64,000 bases of DNA from Selaginella moellendorffii (GCF_000143415.4 NW_003314284.1:1506086-1570085), one strand, 5' to 3'. Positions 1 through 12,834 are shown, numbered from the stretch's first letter. Notes: generated from the sequence alone by a model not told the origin. Numbers and translations: made by a program.

Positions 1-1851
1 TCCATGCGCCACGTGAATTCGAGTCGAGGCTGACAATGGAGCCATCTTTGAGTTGCAGATACGAACTCCTTTCCAGCAAATTTTCTACAGCGCCCTGAGA
101 AAACAGAGAGAAATTTTATAAAATACCAGCTGCTACAAATGCTACATTTGTTTACCTTAACAAGAAGACGATTCTTTCCAGAAGTATGGGCAATAACACT
201 CATAGATTTGCGAGACCGGTCGAACTCAAGCGAAGCCAATACTGTTGAGCGAGAATTCCACCAGTCGCAGCAGCCTGCAAACAAATACATGAGGACCTCT
301 AACAGAAAGAAAACAGACAGAGCTTACTCAATTCAACCACAGAATGGTCCACAATGTGGTTCTGATAATCAGAATTATAGTTGTGTGGAAGCTTCATCTT
401 CTCAACCAAAACCTTAAGAAAAAAAAAAAAAAACAACAAAAAGGGTGAGCCAAAAGTTCTGCAAAAGACATTCTGAATACCTTTAGAGCAGCTTCAGTTG
501 GCAAGCCCGTGGCACGAAACTGGTTCCCCTTGCACATAATCCCCGCGTCATTGCAGACGGCCGCTATCTCTGCAAGGGACTGTAGATTCTTGCTCATCAT
601 CCCTGGAGTGTAGCCCGTGATGCCTCCATCTCCCGGGTTATACGTCGTTCCCTCCACTCTAAACTCCTCCATGTCAGCCGGGTGGATTCCACTCCCCACG
701 AGCTCCATCACGGACATCTGGTTAGTCGTCAGCGTCCCCGTCTTATCAGAACATATAACGGTGGTACAACCGAGCGTCTCCACGCTCGGAAGCTTGCGAA
801 CTATCGCGTTTTTCTGTGCCATCTTCCTAGTTCCCAGAGCCAGGCACGTCGTGATCACCGCCGGGAGGCCCTCGGGAATGGCAGCCACCGCCAGTGCCAC
901 CGCGATCTCGAAGTAATACGTGCACTTCTCAAAGGAGAACCTGACGTTCGTCGGCCAGCCATCAGCGTAATCCCACGTCAGGAAGTACTTGTAGTTGATA
1001 ATCCATACCAGTAAGCAAATCACACCGATGACCACCGTGAGGCGCTCACCGAACTCATCCAGCTTCTTCTTGAGCGGCGTGTCATCGTCTTGCATGGAGG
1101 CCTCTTGGATCTGTGCCTGGATCTTTCCAATCTCCGTAAACATGCCCGTGGAGACCACCACCCCGACGCAGCAGCCATTGACAATGGTCGTCCCAGAGAA
1201 AACCATGCACTCTTTCGCTTGGAGCTCGACGTCGGCCAGCTCCACCGCCTGTGTGCTCTTGACCACCGCAGCGCTCTCACCCGTGAGAGAGCTCTGTTCC
1301 ACTCGAAGAGTCGAAGTCCTGAGAACCGCGATCCTCGTGTCCGCCGGTACCTTGTCGCCAACTCTGAGCTCCACAACGTCGCCAGGGACGAGCTCCCTGG
1401 CTGCCAAGTCGGGGATCCAGTGACCATCGCGAAGAACTTTGGCGTGCTCTGGTTGCATCTCCTTGAGCGCCTCCAGCGCGCTCTCGGCGTTGGTCTCTTG
1501 CCACACCCCGACTACCGCGTTGATGATGAGGATGAGGAAGATCACGAGCGGCTCCACGTACGCTGTCAAGTCCGACTCACCGCTCTTCTGGCCGTCCAAG
1601 TAAGTGAGGAAGAAGGAGAGCACCGCGGCCACCAAAAGGATCTTCACCAGCATATCGTCAAACTGTTCTAGGACAAGCTTCCACATTGGCTTGCCGTTCT
1701 CCTTCTCGAGCTCGTTCCAGCCATAGAGCTCCCGCCTCTTCTCCACCGAGCTCTTGCTCAATCCATGCGCCAGATCGGTGCTGTACTCATCTACGCACCT
1801 TTCTACGCTTCTGCTCCAAGCTGGAAACGGTGACTTCGCCGCCATCGCCAT
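1..1851 (-). CDS. ECA: ER-type P2A Ca2+-ATPase (5' part; runs off left edge of window)
   Basis: Long exon ~1851-481 has PEGLPAVIT and CSDKTGTLT (phosphorylated Asp) motifs. Later exons encode VLVEKM..., [12 protein letters not shown] and [10 protein letters not shown]. Confidence 0.95.
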
Positions 1852-2655
1852 CGGAGAGTGCCTGGAATCCTGAGCTCTTCCTTGAGCTCGCGAATTCATG
1901 AGACTACCGATCGACACGTCGCGCTGCCCGAGGCGCCGATCGCCGGATCCTATAACCCTAATAGTCCAGCGCCTAGCGGTTACACCGTAAAGCTCCAAAC
2001 CCTAGTTTCCGCCATAGCCAAAAAGGGATATAAATTTCGAAAAGAAAAAGGAAGAGGAGGATCCATCCCGGTTGCTTCGGTGAAGGACTCGCCCAGCCTT
2101 TACACACAGGCTTACGTTGCCTGACGTGGCGGAGCTCCAGCCCTTAAAACTGCCACGCGGGCGAGATGCCACGCACTAACCAGTGTCAACGCTTTATAAC
2201 GAGAAAGAGAGGAAGAAAGTTCGCGTCAAATGGGCGAAAATAAAATTAGTAAAGGAGTGACTTTGCGAGCCTCAGATTTTTCCGCATCTCCACTCAAGAT
2301 CCAAGCTCTCTTCTTTTTCGTTTTCTCGGTGGAGTGGTGTCGGATCTCCACGGCCCTGTTCTTGAGAAAAAGACCACTGCGGTGATGGAAAAGGCCAGCA
2401 TAGTGAAGCTGGCCTCCTCGGTGGCGAAGCTTTTCATAGCTAGGAATCAAATCCCACGCCGTTCAATCCATCCTCTCTCTCATGATGCCTCTCCATGTCG
2501 AGACTCAAGTACCTCCATGTCGGAGAGACTCTCACTTCACTTCTTCTTCCTGTTGTTCATTTCATTGGATTTATCAATCCTTATCACCACATTGTATTTT
2601 ACACCAGCCGTTATTCACGAAAGAAAACGAGAACGAAAATTTCGAGAGCGTCGAC

Positions 2656-5056
2656 TTACGCTGTCACGGTTTGCTTCTTGCAATAGTTCTCCAGCCACTC
2701 CATGGTCATGCTCTTTGGCCTTTCAATTGGAAGACCAAGTGCGCGATCCCACACCAGCTGAAGGATACAAGCAGTCAATTGGAGAGCTTGGAAGCACAAT
2801 GCTAGTACCTGTGCGAGAACGCCTAAGGCCCGAGAGACGCCAAACAACACGGTGTAGTAGCTGCGAGAAGAAAAGTAAAGTGGTCAGAGCCTTTTCCTTT
2901 AATGAGAAAAAAAAGAGAGGAAAAAGAGGAAAAAACGTACTTCTCTTCAGTCAACCCGAAGTATTGTAGAAGTACTCCGCTATGCGCATCCACGTTAGGC
3001 CAAGGATTTTTCACCTGGAAGGGGGGCATTATGATTGCCGTGAATAGCGAGTATTACCTTTCCCGTTTCAAGAAGAATATCAGGCACAACTTCGTAAAGA
3101 TTGGATACCTGTGATCAGAGTGTGGCCAAATGAGAAAATAAAGCAACAATTGAAGGCTACCATTTTGAAGATCGGATCGTCGGGCAGATGCTTTAGTGCA
3201 AATTCGCGCTGGCAAGTGTACCTAGGGTCCGTTTTACGCAGCACTGCATGTCCATAGCCTGGAACCACCTGTACAGCAGAGTTAAGCAACTGATTTTTAA
3301 AATTTTTTTCATTCCAAACAAAGCTGACCTTTCCACTATTCAAAGTATCTTTTACGTATTTTGTCAGCTTTTCCTTGGAAGCATCAGCTCCGATCGCTTC
3401 AACGGCTTCATTAATCCAACGCAACACTTCCTGATTGAGTTTCAGACTTCAGGCCAGAACACACGATGATAAACTCAAACCTGGTTTGCAAGACCATGCA
3501 ATGGACCCGCCAAGCCATTCATTCCGGCCGCAAAAGAAAGGTACGGGTCCGATAGTGCACTCCCCACCTAGAGATAAATAGAGTCATCAAGAGTATTTTT
3601 GGAGAAGACCACAAAAACTTACCAGGCGCACGGTGTGTGCACTAACATTTCCTCCCTCGTGATCGCTGAAAGTCAATTACGCCATCCTCAGTTCACGGCA
3701 AAGGAAACTGTAGCAGACTAACCTATGAATAGTAAGATACAGGCGCATCAGCTCATGCATTTTGGGCTCCTTAAAACCCAGCATGTGAGCAAAGTTTGCT
3801 CCATAATCCAGCGACTTGTTTGACTCAATCAGCTTGCCTCCATGGTATGTTCTGCAGCGAAAACATTTAGCATCACTACAAGTTGCAAATTATGCAAACC
3901 TTTGGTAGATGTAGGACGCTAGGCCTGGCAACCTAGCAATCAAGTTCATCGAATCTTCGTACACTGGTTCCCAAAACCTAGACACACCGCTCAATTATCA
4001 GGAATATATATAACTACGACTACTCACTTTGATTTGTGAATTCCCTTCTCATACGCCTTCTGAAACTCGCTGTCGGTCTGTAGCACGAGCTCAGTAAGTG
4101 TTCTCGAACTACGTCAAACACTTACTTGCAAAGCCATAACTCCAGCAGTCAACTGTGTCATTGGATGCGCATTACTCGGAAGTGCATTCACAACGTCATA
4201 CACATGACCTGTATCAAACACATTTCTGTGAGACAAGCAAAAAAATTGTAATCAAACTTGCCCGGAATGTCAGAACGAGAAGCCCAGTCTTTCGTCAATG
4301 TCGCAGCTTGTTCCTTACTGGGAACCTGAAGGGAACAATGTATAAGAAAGTCAAAACATTTGAAAGCCTAATGCCTTACCTCACCAGTAACAAGCAGCCA
4401 AAACAGTCCTTCTGGTATCGGTTCACCGTCGGAAACGGCAGCTGGAAGCTTCTCTTGACACTCTGGAATGGACAAGCCCCGAAAACGAATACCCTGTTTG
4501 CCAAGGACGCTGAAACAGCAAAGAACAAATAAATCCTTGACTACCTCTTCAGGATCGAGCAGGGACGTCTCCCAAAGCATGCCTTTAATCCCTCGCATTC
4601 CACCAATGGCCTGAAACGAATAGAGAGATCATAGATATGACTAACTAGCTCAAACAAACGCATACCATATCGACTGTGGTTTGGCCGAGCGGAACTGATC
4701 CATGCTCCTTTTTCAGCTTTTTCAGTCGCTCCTATAGAGAAGACGATAGTGCTCATCTACCGCCTTCCAGAAAAGCTCAGTGACCTCACCTGTTCTCCCG
4801 GAATCAGTTCCACCAGCCGCGATCGAAGATCCTACAAGAATTGCCAGCACAAATCACACGCCAGATCCCGAAATATCGCACGGGCAAGCGCCTACCGTCG
4901 TCAGCAATCGCCGAAACCACCAATGCGGAGCAATCTCGCAACCAGCCTGCACGGATCAATCACAGGAGCTAAGACGAGGTCGAGAGATGCGACGACACAG
5001 ACCGAAATGCGGCGAAGCTTGGACGCCACACCGCGCGCTCTGCCGCCCATTGCCAT
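2656..5056 (-). CDS. CSY: Citrate synthase, mitochondrial type (multi-exon)
   Basis: Exons encode [76 protein letters not shown] and LFGVSRALG...IERPKS. Arg-rich presequence-like N-terminus. Confidence 0.95.
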
Positions 5057-5167
5057 CGCTCTTCCTCTGCCCCAACCCTAGCGCCTTCGTCTGACGCTTT
5101 TGATCTTTTTGATCTTGCAACGTGGCGCCGTACGAGCTAAACCCCAGCTCCCCTGTTTTTAGGGCAA

Positions 5168-7251
5168 ATGGGGGAGGAAGGGCCGCCGTGCTACCTCCCA
5201 GAGGTCGACGAGGAGGACGAGGTTTGTATAGGAGAGCGATGTTTCACTCGGCCGTACAGATTCTATGTACCTCCAGTTCACTACAAGCGCGTTCCATCGC
5301 GGGTGAGCTAGCTTAGATGTAATGCATACCCGCATTTTCATTCATTGGGACTAATTCCTCTTGCAGGAGTATAGATGGAAGCTGGGAGCGAAGATCAGCC
5401 CCGCGAATGGATTTCTTGTCAAGTTCCAGCGCGCTCTTGCGTTTCCAGATTGCTTGGGCTTGTGTGAGTTTCTTTTCCTCCTCTTTCAAATGGTTCTTAC
5501 TTTTAGTTTGTAATCCAGCCGACGATGCAAGATGGCGATGGCAGTGGTGTCCTCTCTCCCTTGTCTTGGGGATCAAAGTGACGAAAGAGGACTGGAAAAA
5601 AGAGGACTGGAGAATGGATTCCTCGCGCACATTTGCTTATGCGAAGATCAAGCCAATGTCACTGTTTTGCGGGAAGCTAGGTACTGCAGCTTTTATTCTC
5701 CTAGTGGTTTGATCTTTCACTTTTTCCATCGTTTAGTGATTGAAGGGTGTTGGGCTGTGCAGCCCTGCGTCCTGTCGTCGAGCTTTTTCCCGTGCCTGCG
5801 CTGAGCATAACGAGAACGTTTGATGCTGGTGGTGGCGAAGCGAAACTATGCGCAAGCGTAGAGGTTTTGGGCATGATTGTTTTGTGGTGTGCTAAGTAAG
5901 GTGTTCTAGTTCTCTGACAGGTTAATGGCTCACTTGGACCTCAATGGAGATTAAAGCTCGACTGGCAAGCTGCAAATCTGGTAAGCAGATATTTATATTT
6001 GGGGAAACCATTGCAACTTTTCTGCAGTTTAGAGTATTAGTTCAACAAGGAGAGGATGTTTTATCAATCCAGTACTCGAAGCGGATCAAAATCTCAAAGA
6101 CATGTCAAGCGGTGAGTTGGAAACTCTCGGCAGTGGCGATTTTCACTGGTCATAAGACTTGGTTTCCAGGTTGCTACTGGAGAATTAGATGTTCCATCAA
6201 ATGCGTTTTGTGGAAATTTGGCAACCAGCTTGCCGGCTCGACTAAAAATCGCTTCTATCAAACTGTCGCAAATCTTAAGCAAGCGGGTACTTCGACTTTA
6301 TCTTAAAAGTTTGTCTAGTGATTGTCTCTGTTTTGGCAGACAAAAAGGCACAAAGTACTACCTACGTCTACGTACCTCAAATCCTCGCGTGAAATCGGTA
6401 AGAGTGACCGAATCACAGTCGTTCCAGGTCATTGGATAGATCCTGGATATGAACCTGGTGCTCCTGGCGAGCGGGAATTCAACCTTGATGTAAGTTACGC
6501 TGGTTGTACTGAACTTCTAATGTTTTTTCTTTGTTCTCCAAGGTCGTCAATGTCTTGGAGCGACAACTTCGCCGAAATGGCTGGCAAGTTTTACGTCCTG
6601 ATCGCGACGCTCCAAACCTCTCCTGGGAGGAGTATTTGAATTGGGTGTCTAGACAGGTAGCATCAATTGTTGTAAGATCAATCGTGTTTACCGTTCGTGT
6701 AGAGTTTGAAGGGAACGCCAGTTCTAGAGATTCACGGACAGGTTCGTGTTCTGGTTTTGATGATATGATTTCTCATGTAATTTTCGTACTGCAGGGATCG
6801 AATGCTGATTATAGAGGCTTTGTGCTTGGAGTAATTGGCGACCCGGAAACACCTTTGGGTCGGGTATATCACTTCCCTGCTGCTTCTCGGCAGTATAAAC
6901 TCCTTGTTTTTCTCCAGGAACTTTCCAAGGACTTTGGAATTTTTGACATGGACTGGTCGGATCTTGCGGTGCCCTGTCGCGGCGGGATAATCCTCGAGAG
7001 CTTCAACTCGGACGAGGTAACCTGGAGAAATCATCTGAAGCTCACCATAGCTCACACTTTGTTTCGTTTGAGATCCAAAGGTTTTGGAAATGGCACCTTG
7101 GCATCGAGCTTGCGCTGTGAGGAGACTCGCCAACAGGATCATAACTTGCATCGAGCGAGCGAGCTACGCGAATCGAGGCGCTCGAGGGATGATCCACGAG
7201 ACCCGGACGGACGGCGGCGATGTGAGCACATTAGAATATCCGGAAATTTAA
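5168..7251 (+). CDS. Putative N-acetylmuramoyl-L-alanine amidase (Amidase_3-like C-terminal domain) with beta-rich N-terminal region
   Basis: Phase-0 exons 5921-5980, 6028-6111, 6170-6286, 6340-6489, 6543-6656, 6703-6741, 6795-6863, 6918-7016 and 7081-7251 splice in frame. They give ITVVPGH..PGAPGEREFNLDVVNVLERQLRRNGWQV..VLEIHGQ..GGIILESFN..RRLANRIITCI. Splicing of the 5' exons (5168-5863) is less certain. Confidence 0.7.
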
Positions 7252-7462
7252 AAACGAATAGTTTAGAGAAGCTCCAGCGCTAGAAAGATCGATCCATGAA
7301 TAACATATCCTTGACGAGAACAACACACACAAGATTTGTGGGTACGCCCCTCGAAAGCATGCCAAGATTGGGCGCCACGCCCTTTGGGCAGGTCATTCGC
7401 ATTGTCGTCCTCGCCCACTCCCCTAGCTCTTGAAATAGAGAGAAAATTGGCGCGCCATTGCG

Positions 7463-9432
7463 ATGAGAATCCTCCAATCCCGGCAGAAATCCACGATGCA
7501 AAGCTCCGCGCTGGTGCTGCTGCTGGCGCTGATGATCGCGCGAGGTAAGGAAAACAGAAGCGAGATTGGATGATCGATCGATCGATCGCCCCAATCTTTC
7601 GCGCAATTTTTTAAATGTTTTCTCTTGAATCTTCTTCTTCTTCCTCGCGCGCGCGCAGGGACGGGCGCCGACGAGACCTATCCCTACTCGTTCCTCCGCG
7701 ACGCCGCCGACTCCCCGGTGTACGAGCAGTACGACTACATCATAGTGGGCGGCGGCACCGCCGGCTGCCCTCTGGCGGCGACGCTCTCCCGCTACTTCCG
7801 CGTCCTCGTCCTGGAGCGCGGTCCCTCGCCCTATGGCAACGCCAACATCACGCGCATCGAGAACTTTGGGCGCAGCCTCAACGACACCGAGGGGCAATTC
7901 ACGCCCGCGCAGGCCTTCACGTCCACCGACGGCGTTCGCAACACTCGCCCGCGCGTCCTGGGCGGTGGTAGCTGCCTCAACGCTGGCTTCTACACGCGCG
8001 CCAGCCCCGACTACGTGCGCAGGGTTGGCTGGGATGCGCGCCTGGTTAACCAGTCGTATCCGTGGGTGGAGAGGGTGGTGGCGTTCGTGCCGCAGCTGGG
8101 AGCGTTCCAGAGCGCATTTAGGGCGGGGCTGCTGGAGACCGGGGTGACGCCGGACAATGGCGCCACTTTCGATCACATCTATGGGACCAAGACTGGGGGG
8201 TCGATCTTCGACCATCAGGGCAACCGCCACACCGCCGCCGACCTCCTCCGCTACGCCAGCGCCAGGAATATACTCGTGCTCCTCCGCGCCAGCGTCCAGA
8301 GGATCCTCTTCGACACCTCAGGTGAATTTCTCCTCTCTTCTCCACTTGTTGTCATCGACTTCTTTCTCTCTGTCCGATCGATTCGATTGATTCGATAACT
8401 CCTCCTCGATTCTCTGCGATTGGCGTGAGCCACCGAAGCCCGATCTCTCAGATTTTCTCGAATTTCTGGGATCCCCTGTTTCCTTATTTTACTATCTTTC
8501 TCTTCTCGGCCGGATCGTCGTGTGTGTAGGTTACCAGCCGCGCGCGATCGGGGTCCAATACCGCGATGCCAACAGCCGGATGCACATCGCGCGCCTCAAT
8601 TCCAATCGCCAGAGCCAGGTGATCCTGTCCGCGGGCGCCATGGGCAGCCCCCAGCTGCTGATGCTCAATGGCATCGGGCCGCGCGCGCACCTCGAGAGCA
8701 TGGGCATCCGCGTGCTCGTCAATCTCCCAGGCGTCGGCCAGGGCATGGCGGACAACCCCATGAACACCGTCTACCTCCTCTCGCCCGCGCCCGTGGAGAC
8801 GAACCTCATCCAGGTGGTCGGGATCACGCACTACGGCAGCTTCATCGAGGCGGGCAGCGGCGAGCTCGATGGATTGAGCGCGGGCGTGCTGCTCGAGAAG
8901 GTGATCGGCCCCAGATCGAGCGGCCAGATGACGCTCACCTCGCTCGACGCCGCGGACAATCCCCAGGTCACCTTCAATTACTTCCAGGACCCGGAAGATC
9001 TCCAGAGCTGCGTGGAAGGGATCAACCAGATCGAGGAGATCATCCTCTCCAGCTCCATGCGCCGCTTTCGCTACGACGCCCAAGCTCTTCCCTCGGGCGG
9101 GACGGTGGCATCGCCGGTCCGCGCGGATTCAACGCTCCGGTCGTCGGTCAATGTCACGCTGGCCAGCTTCTGCAGGTCGACCGTACAGACCATCTGGCAC
9201 TACCACGGTGGCTGCCAGGTGGGCAGAGTCGTGGACAGCGACTACCACGTGTTAGGCGTTGATGCGCTGCGCGTCATCGACGGCTCCACGTTTAACTTCT
9301 CGCCCGGTACGAACCCTCAAGCGACGGTCATGATGCTGGGAAGGTAAGTGAGATATTCGTTTTTTTCTTTGATGTGATTGGTGTTCCAGGTATATGGGAT
9401 TGAGGATTATTGCGGAGCGTATGCGCCGCTAG
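7463..9432 (+). CDS. GMC oxidoreductase, HOTHEAD/mandelonitrile lyase-like
   Basis: Signal peptide-like first exon; YDYIIVGGGTAGCPLAATLS FAD motif; RVLGGGSCLNAGFYTRA; TIWHYHGGC; PGTNPQATVMMLGRY. Start could be 7463 or 7496. Confidence 0.93.
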
Positions 9433-9752
9433 ATAGGCGAGATTCTAGCCCTCCATTCTTTTAGAAGAAAGAAAACCGCGAAGCTATGTATCCGTTAAAC
9501 CATTCGAACCGAAAAATCTTGGTCGCATCGTCTTCTCGCGAAGCCCTAAGGACGTGTGCTAGGGTTTCTCGATTCTCCGCCCAGGTATGATCGCGATGAT
9601 CCCTCCATCGCTCGCTGGATTCCACCGCTGGTGCGATTGGCGGATCGCGCGCTAGAGCGGCCGCGATTGTTTCGCAGGGCAGAGAATGCGGGTGGGGGAT
9701 TAGCTCTCCTTGGATTGAGGCAGTGCCAGGGAAGGATGCCAGGGTGAAGATT

Positions 9753-12700
9753 ATGGCCAATGGTCGGGGGCTGATTGATATCCAGGATCTGTGCTCCAGT
9801 GCAGCTTCTCGCGCTCAGGGATTTGCTGCCAGTTCCTTCAAATGCATCGTGGCTCATGTCAAGCGCCCGCGATGCCTGGCGTCTTTCCTGGCCTGGAACC
9901 TGGGATTGACGGCGCTGGAGATCGCGCTCGGGGCAGCAACGTTTGAGATGTCGGCACCACCGCTCCAGAAGCAAATCGTCAAGGTGATCGTCTTCCCACT
10001 CTATCTCCCGCATGCGGTGGGCTTCGCAGTGGCTTGCAAGAAAGGATGCTTCGTTCTCCTGGGAAACTTTGCTGGGCTCTTCGGCGTCAGGCTCTACTTC
10101 ACGGACAGGGGCGTGGAAGGCCTGAATTTCTTGAAGTCGGTGGTTCTTTTGGGGGCTGCTACTCTCAGGACGCTCGAGGTCCACTTTTGCAGCTGGATGG
10201 TGCGTAGATTTTTGTGCTCCGAGACCAGGCTGATACCGACGATCGAATCACTTGGGGATGCTCTGTGGTACTTCCTCGTCACCTGCTTTCTCTCGGCACC
10301 TTTCGAGGCAACCATAGCTTTGATCGAGTGTGTCGGGCGCATGGTGCCGTGGAAGGAGTTTACAATCTGCTGGGCGACATGGTGGCTGGGTGTGGTAGCT
10401 GCCTCCATCACGGTGTCACCTTTCGTTCTCCACTGCTTCGTGTGGCAGCCCAAGCCGGGGATGTTTAGGCCGGGGAAGATTGTGGAGATTTTTTTGGTCG
10501 GGTTCATCACCGTGCTGCTGCTGATAACAGTCTACACGCTCGTCATTCCTACGTACGTGAAGCCACTGCCTTATCTTCTCTTTCCAGTCATCGTCTACAG
10601 TGCTTTCCGCTTCAACCGGATGGGATGGGCCTTCATCTTGTGCGGGATCTCCCTTTTTTGCACTTGGTCGACCGTGAAAAAGAAGGGTGCTCTCTACAAT
10701 ATCTCTGGAGGTGGCCCAACTGTGGAACCGCGGATTGTCATGCAGGTAGAGCTTTTTGTATCTGTTAGCTCAGCTGTAGCTGTGTCACTTGCGGCTGCTG
10801 TCAGGGAGAAGCATCAATTAGCTAAAAAGCTTGAGAAGCTCAATGAGGAGCTTGAAAGTTTAGTGCTCCAGAGAACGCATCAGCTCGTCAAGGCAAATGA
10901 GGAGTTACAGACGTCGAAGCAAGCAGCAGAACTGGCGAGCCAAGCCAAGTCGGATTTCCTTGCCAACATGAGTCATGAGATCAGGTTTGATTATTCGTCT
11001 CGTTTTTTTTTCGCAGTGCCTTAACATACTTTGTTTTTCCTGTACAGAACTCCTATTCACGGAATACTTGGAATGTCAGCGTTGGTGCTTGGAACTTCTC
11101 TCACAGATGAGCAGAAGGAGAACATGACCACCGTCAGCGAGTGTGCCGAGTTGCTCCTGCATATCATCAACAGCATTTTGGACCTGGGGAAAATCGAGGC
11201 TGGCCGTTTTGAAGTGGAGTTGATATCTTTTAATCTTCATCACGTCCTGAAGAGCACTGTGCACATTCTACAGCCGCGTGCGCAGGCACACAACCTTCGG
11301 CTGAGCTATGAAATCGACAGCGCTGTGCCCGAGTTTCTGGTCGGGGACTCGGGAAAGTTGAGGCAGTGCCTGTTAAACTTAGGTGAGGCGGTGGTATACA
11401 CAGTGAGCAACTAACTCTGATCCTCCGTGCAGTTGGAAATGCTCTGAAATTCACACCCGAGGGCGAGGTCCGAGTTGAGGTTTCGGTTCACAGGTTCGGA
11501 ATGCAAGACGATTCGGTTCTATCGAGACTTAACGCCTCTCAGTGGTCAGACATGTCAGAAATGATGCTGGAAGTTACAGAGACGAGAAACCTTTTCATGC
11601 CTCAACACACGCAAGCTCACACCAAGTTTACCAACCGGGGGTCAGCCGACGAAGTGACCATTCTTTACAAGATATCGGATAGTGGGATTGGCATCAGCAA
11701 AAACAAGCTCAAGGATGTCTTCAAGCCCTTCACTCAAGCGGATGCTTCGATTTCTCGCTTATATGGTGGAACAGGACTCGGTCTCTGCGTGGTACAAAGG
11801 TAAGTTTTGGTTTTTCTAAGAACAATCTGGCTAATAAGGAAACTGCAACTGACTTTAAACTCGTTAACAGCTGCGGCGATTTTGCAGATTTGTAGAGCTG
11901 ATGGGAGGTCACATACTGGTGGAAAGCGAATATGGAAAAGGCAGTAGTTTTTACATCGTTTTGCCTTACCTCTTGAACAAGGAGGGCGCTGCCCAGGAAG
12001 CATCTGGTTTCTTCGCAACAGCTGCCTCTGTGACTTCTCAAAGTACGTATTTTTTGCATAGGCAACTTATAAGTATTCTGGTTTGTGTAGGAGCCGAGAC
12101 TACGCAGGGAAAACCTGTTAGTACTGAAGTCGTAAGCTCAGTTGCAGATGGTCACGAAGCCCCGGCACCTCGGGAATCTACGGACGATGAGATTTCCCGC
12201 GTCATGGTCGCCAAGGATGGCACTCAGCAAGCTCCCAGCCCTGTGACTCCGAAAGAAGAAGTCACTCTAAGCGTCAAGGACCCGAGCATTGTACAAGCAG
12301 CAGAAATATCGGTTGACTTAACCAAGCGCATACTCTTGGTGGAGGACAACCTTGTGAATCAGAAGGTTGCGTCTAGACTCCTCCAAAAGCATGGCCACAT
12401 TGTGACCGTTGTGGGGGATGGAGTCCAAGCGATAGCGGCCGTGGACGCAAACCGGGACAACATTGATTTGATCCTCATGGACATCCAGGTAGCTTGTTCT
12501 TTTCCAAGTTTCCAGTTTCAAGTCTTCTTTCCAGATGCCGATCATGGATGGATTGGAAGCAACTCGTAGAATACGGGAACAGGAAGCCAGGGATGGTCTG
12601 AGAAAAATGCCCATAATCGGGTTAACAGCGCATGCCATGCGTGGATACGAGGATACATGTTTTTCAGCGGGAATGGACAGTTACATGGGGAAGCCTTTTG

Positions 12701-12780
12701 AGATTCGCAAGCTTTTAGCTGCCATCGAGATGGTTGCCACTGGCAAGCAAGAAATCCACATCGACGTTCCGGAAGAATAA
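9753..12780 (+). CDS. Hybrid histidine kinase: MASE1-like membrane sensor + HisKA + HATPase + receiver
   Basis: Multi-TM N-terminus with WATWWLG and PLPYLLFP..YSAFRF. H-box AKSDFLANMSHEIRTP spans an intron. N-box NL(V)GNALKFT, G1 DSGIGI, G2 GGTGLGL. Receiver LLVEDN..DLILMDIQMP..KPF. Confidence 0.92.
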
Positions 12781-12834
12781 GTTTCGAGGAAGCCAACTTA
12801 TCATTTATCATCTCAAGGATCCAGACAGAGGGAG

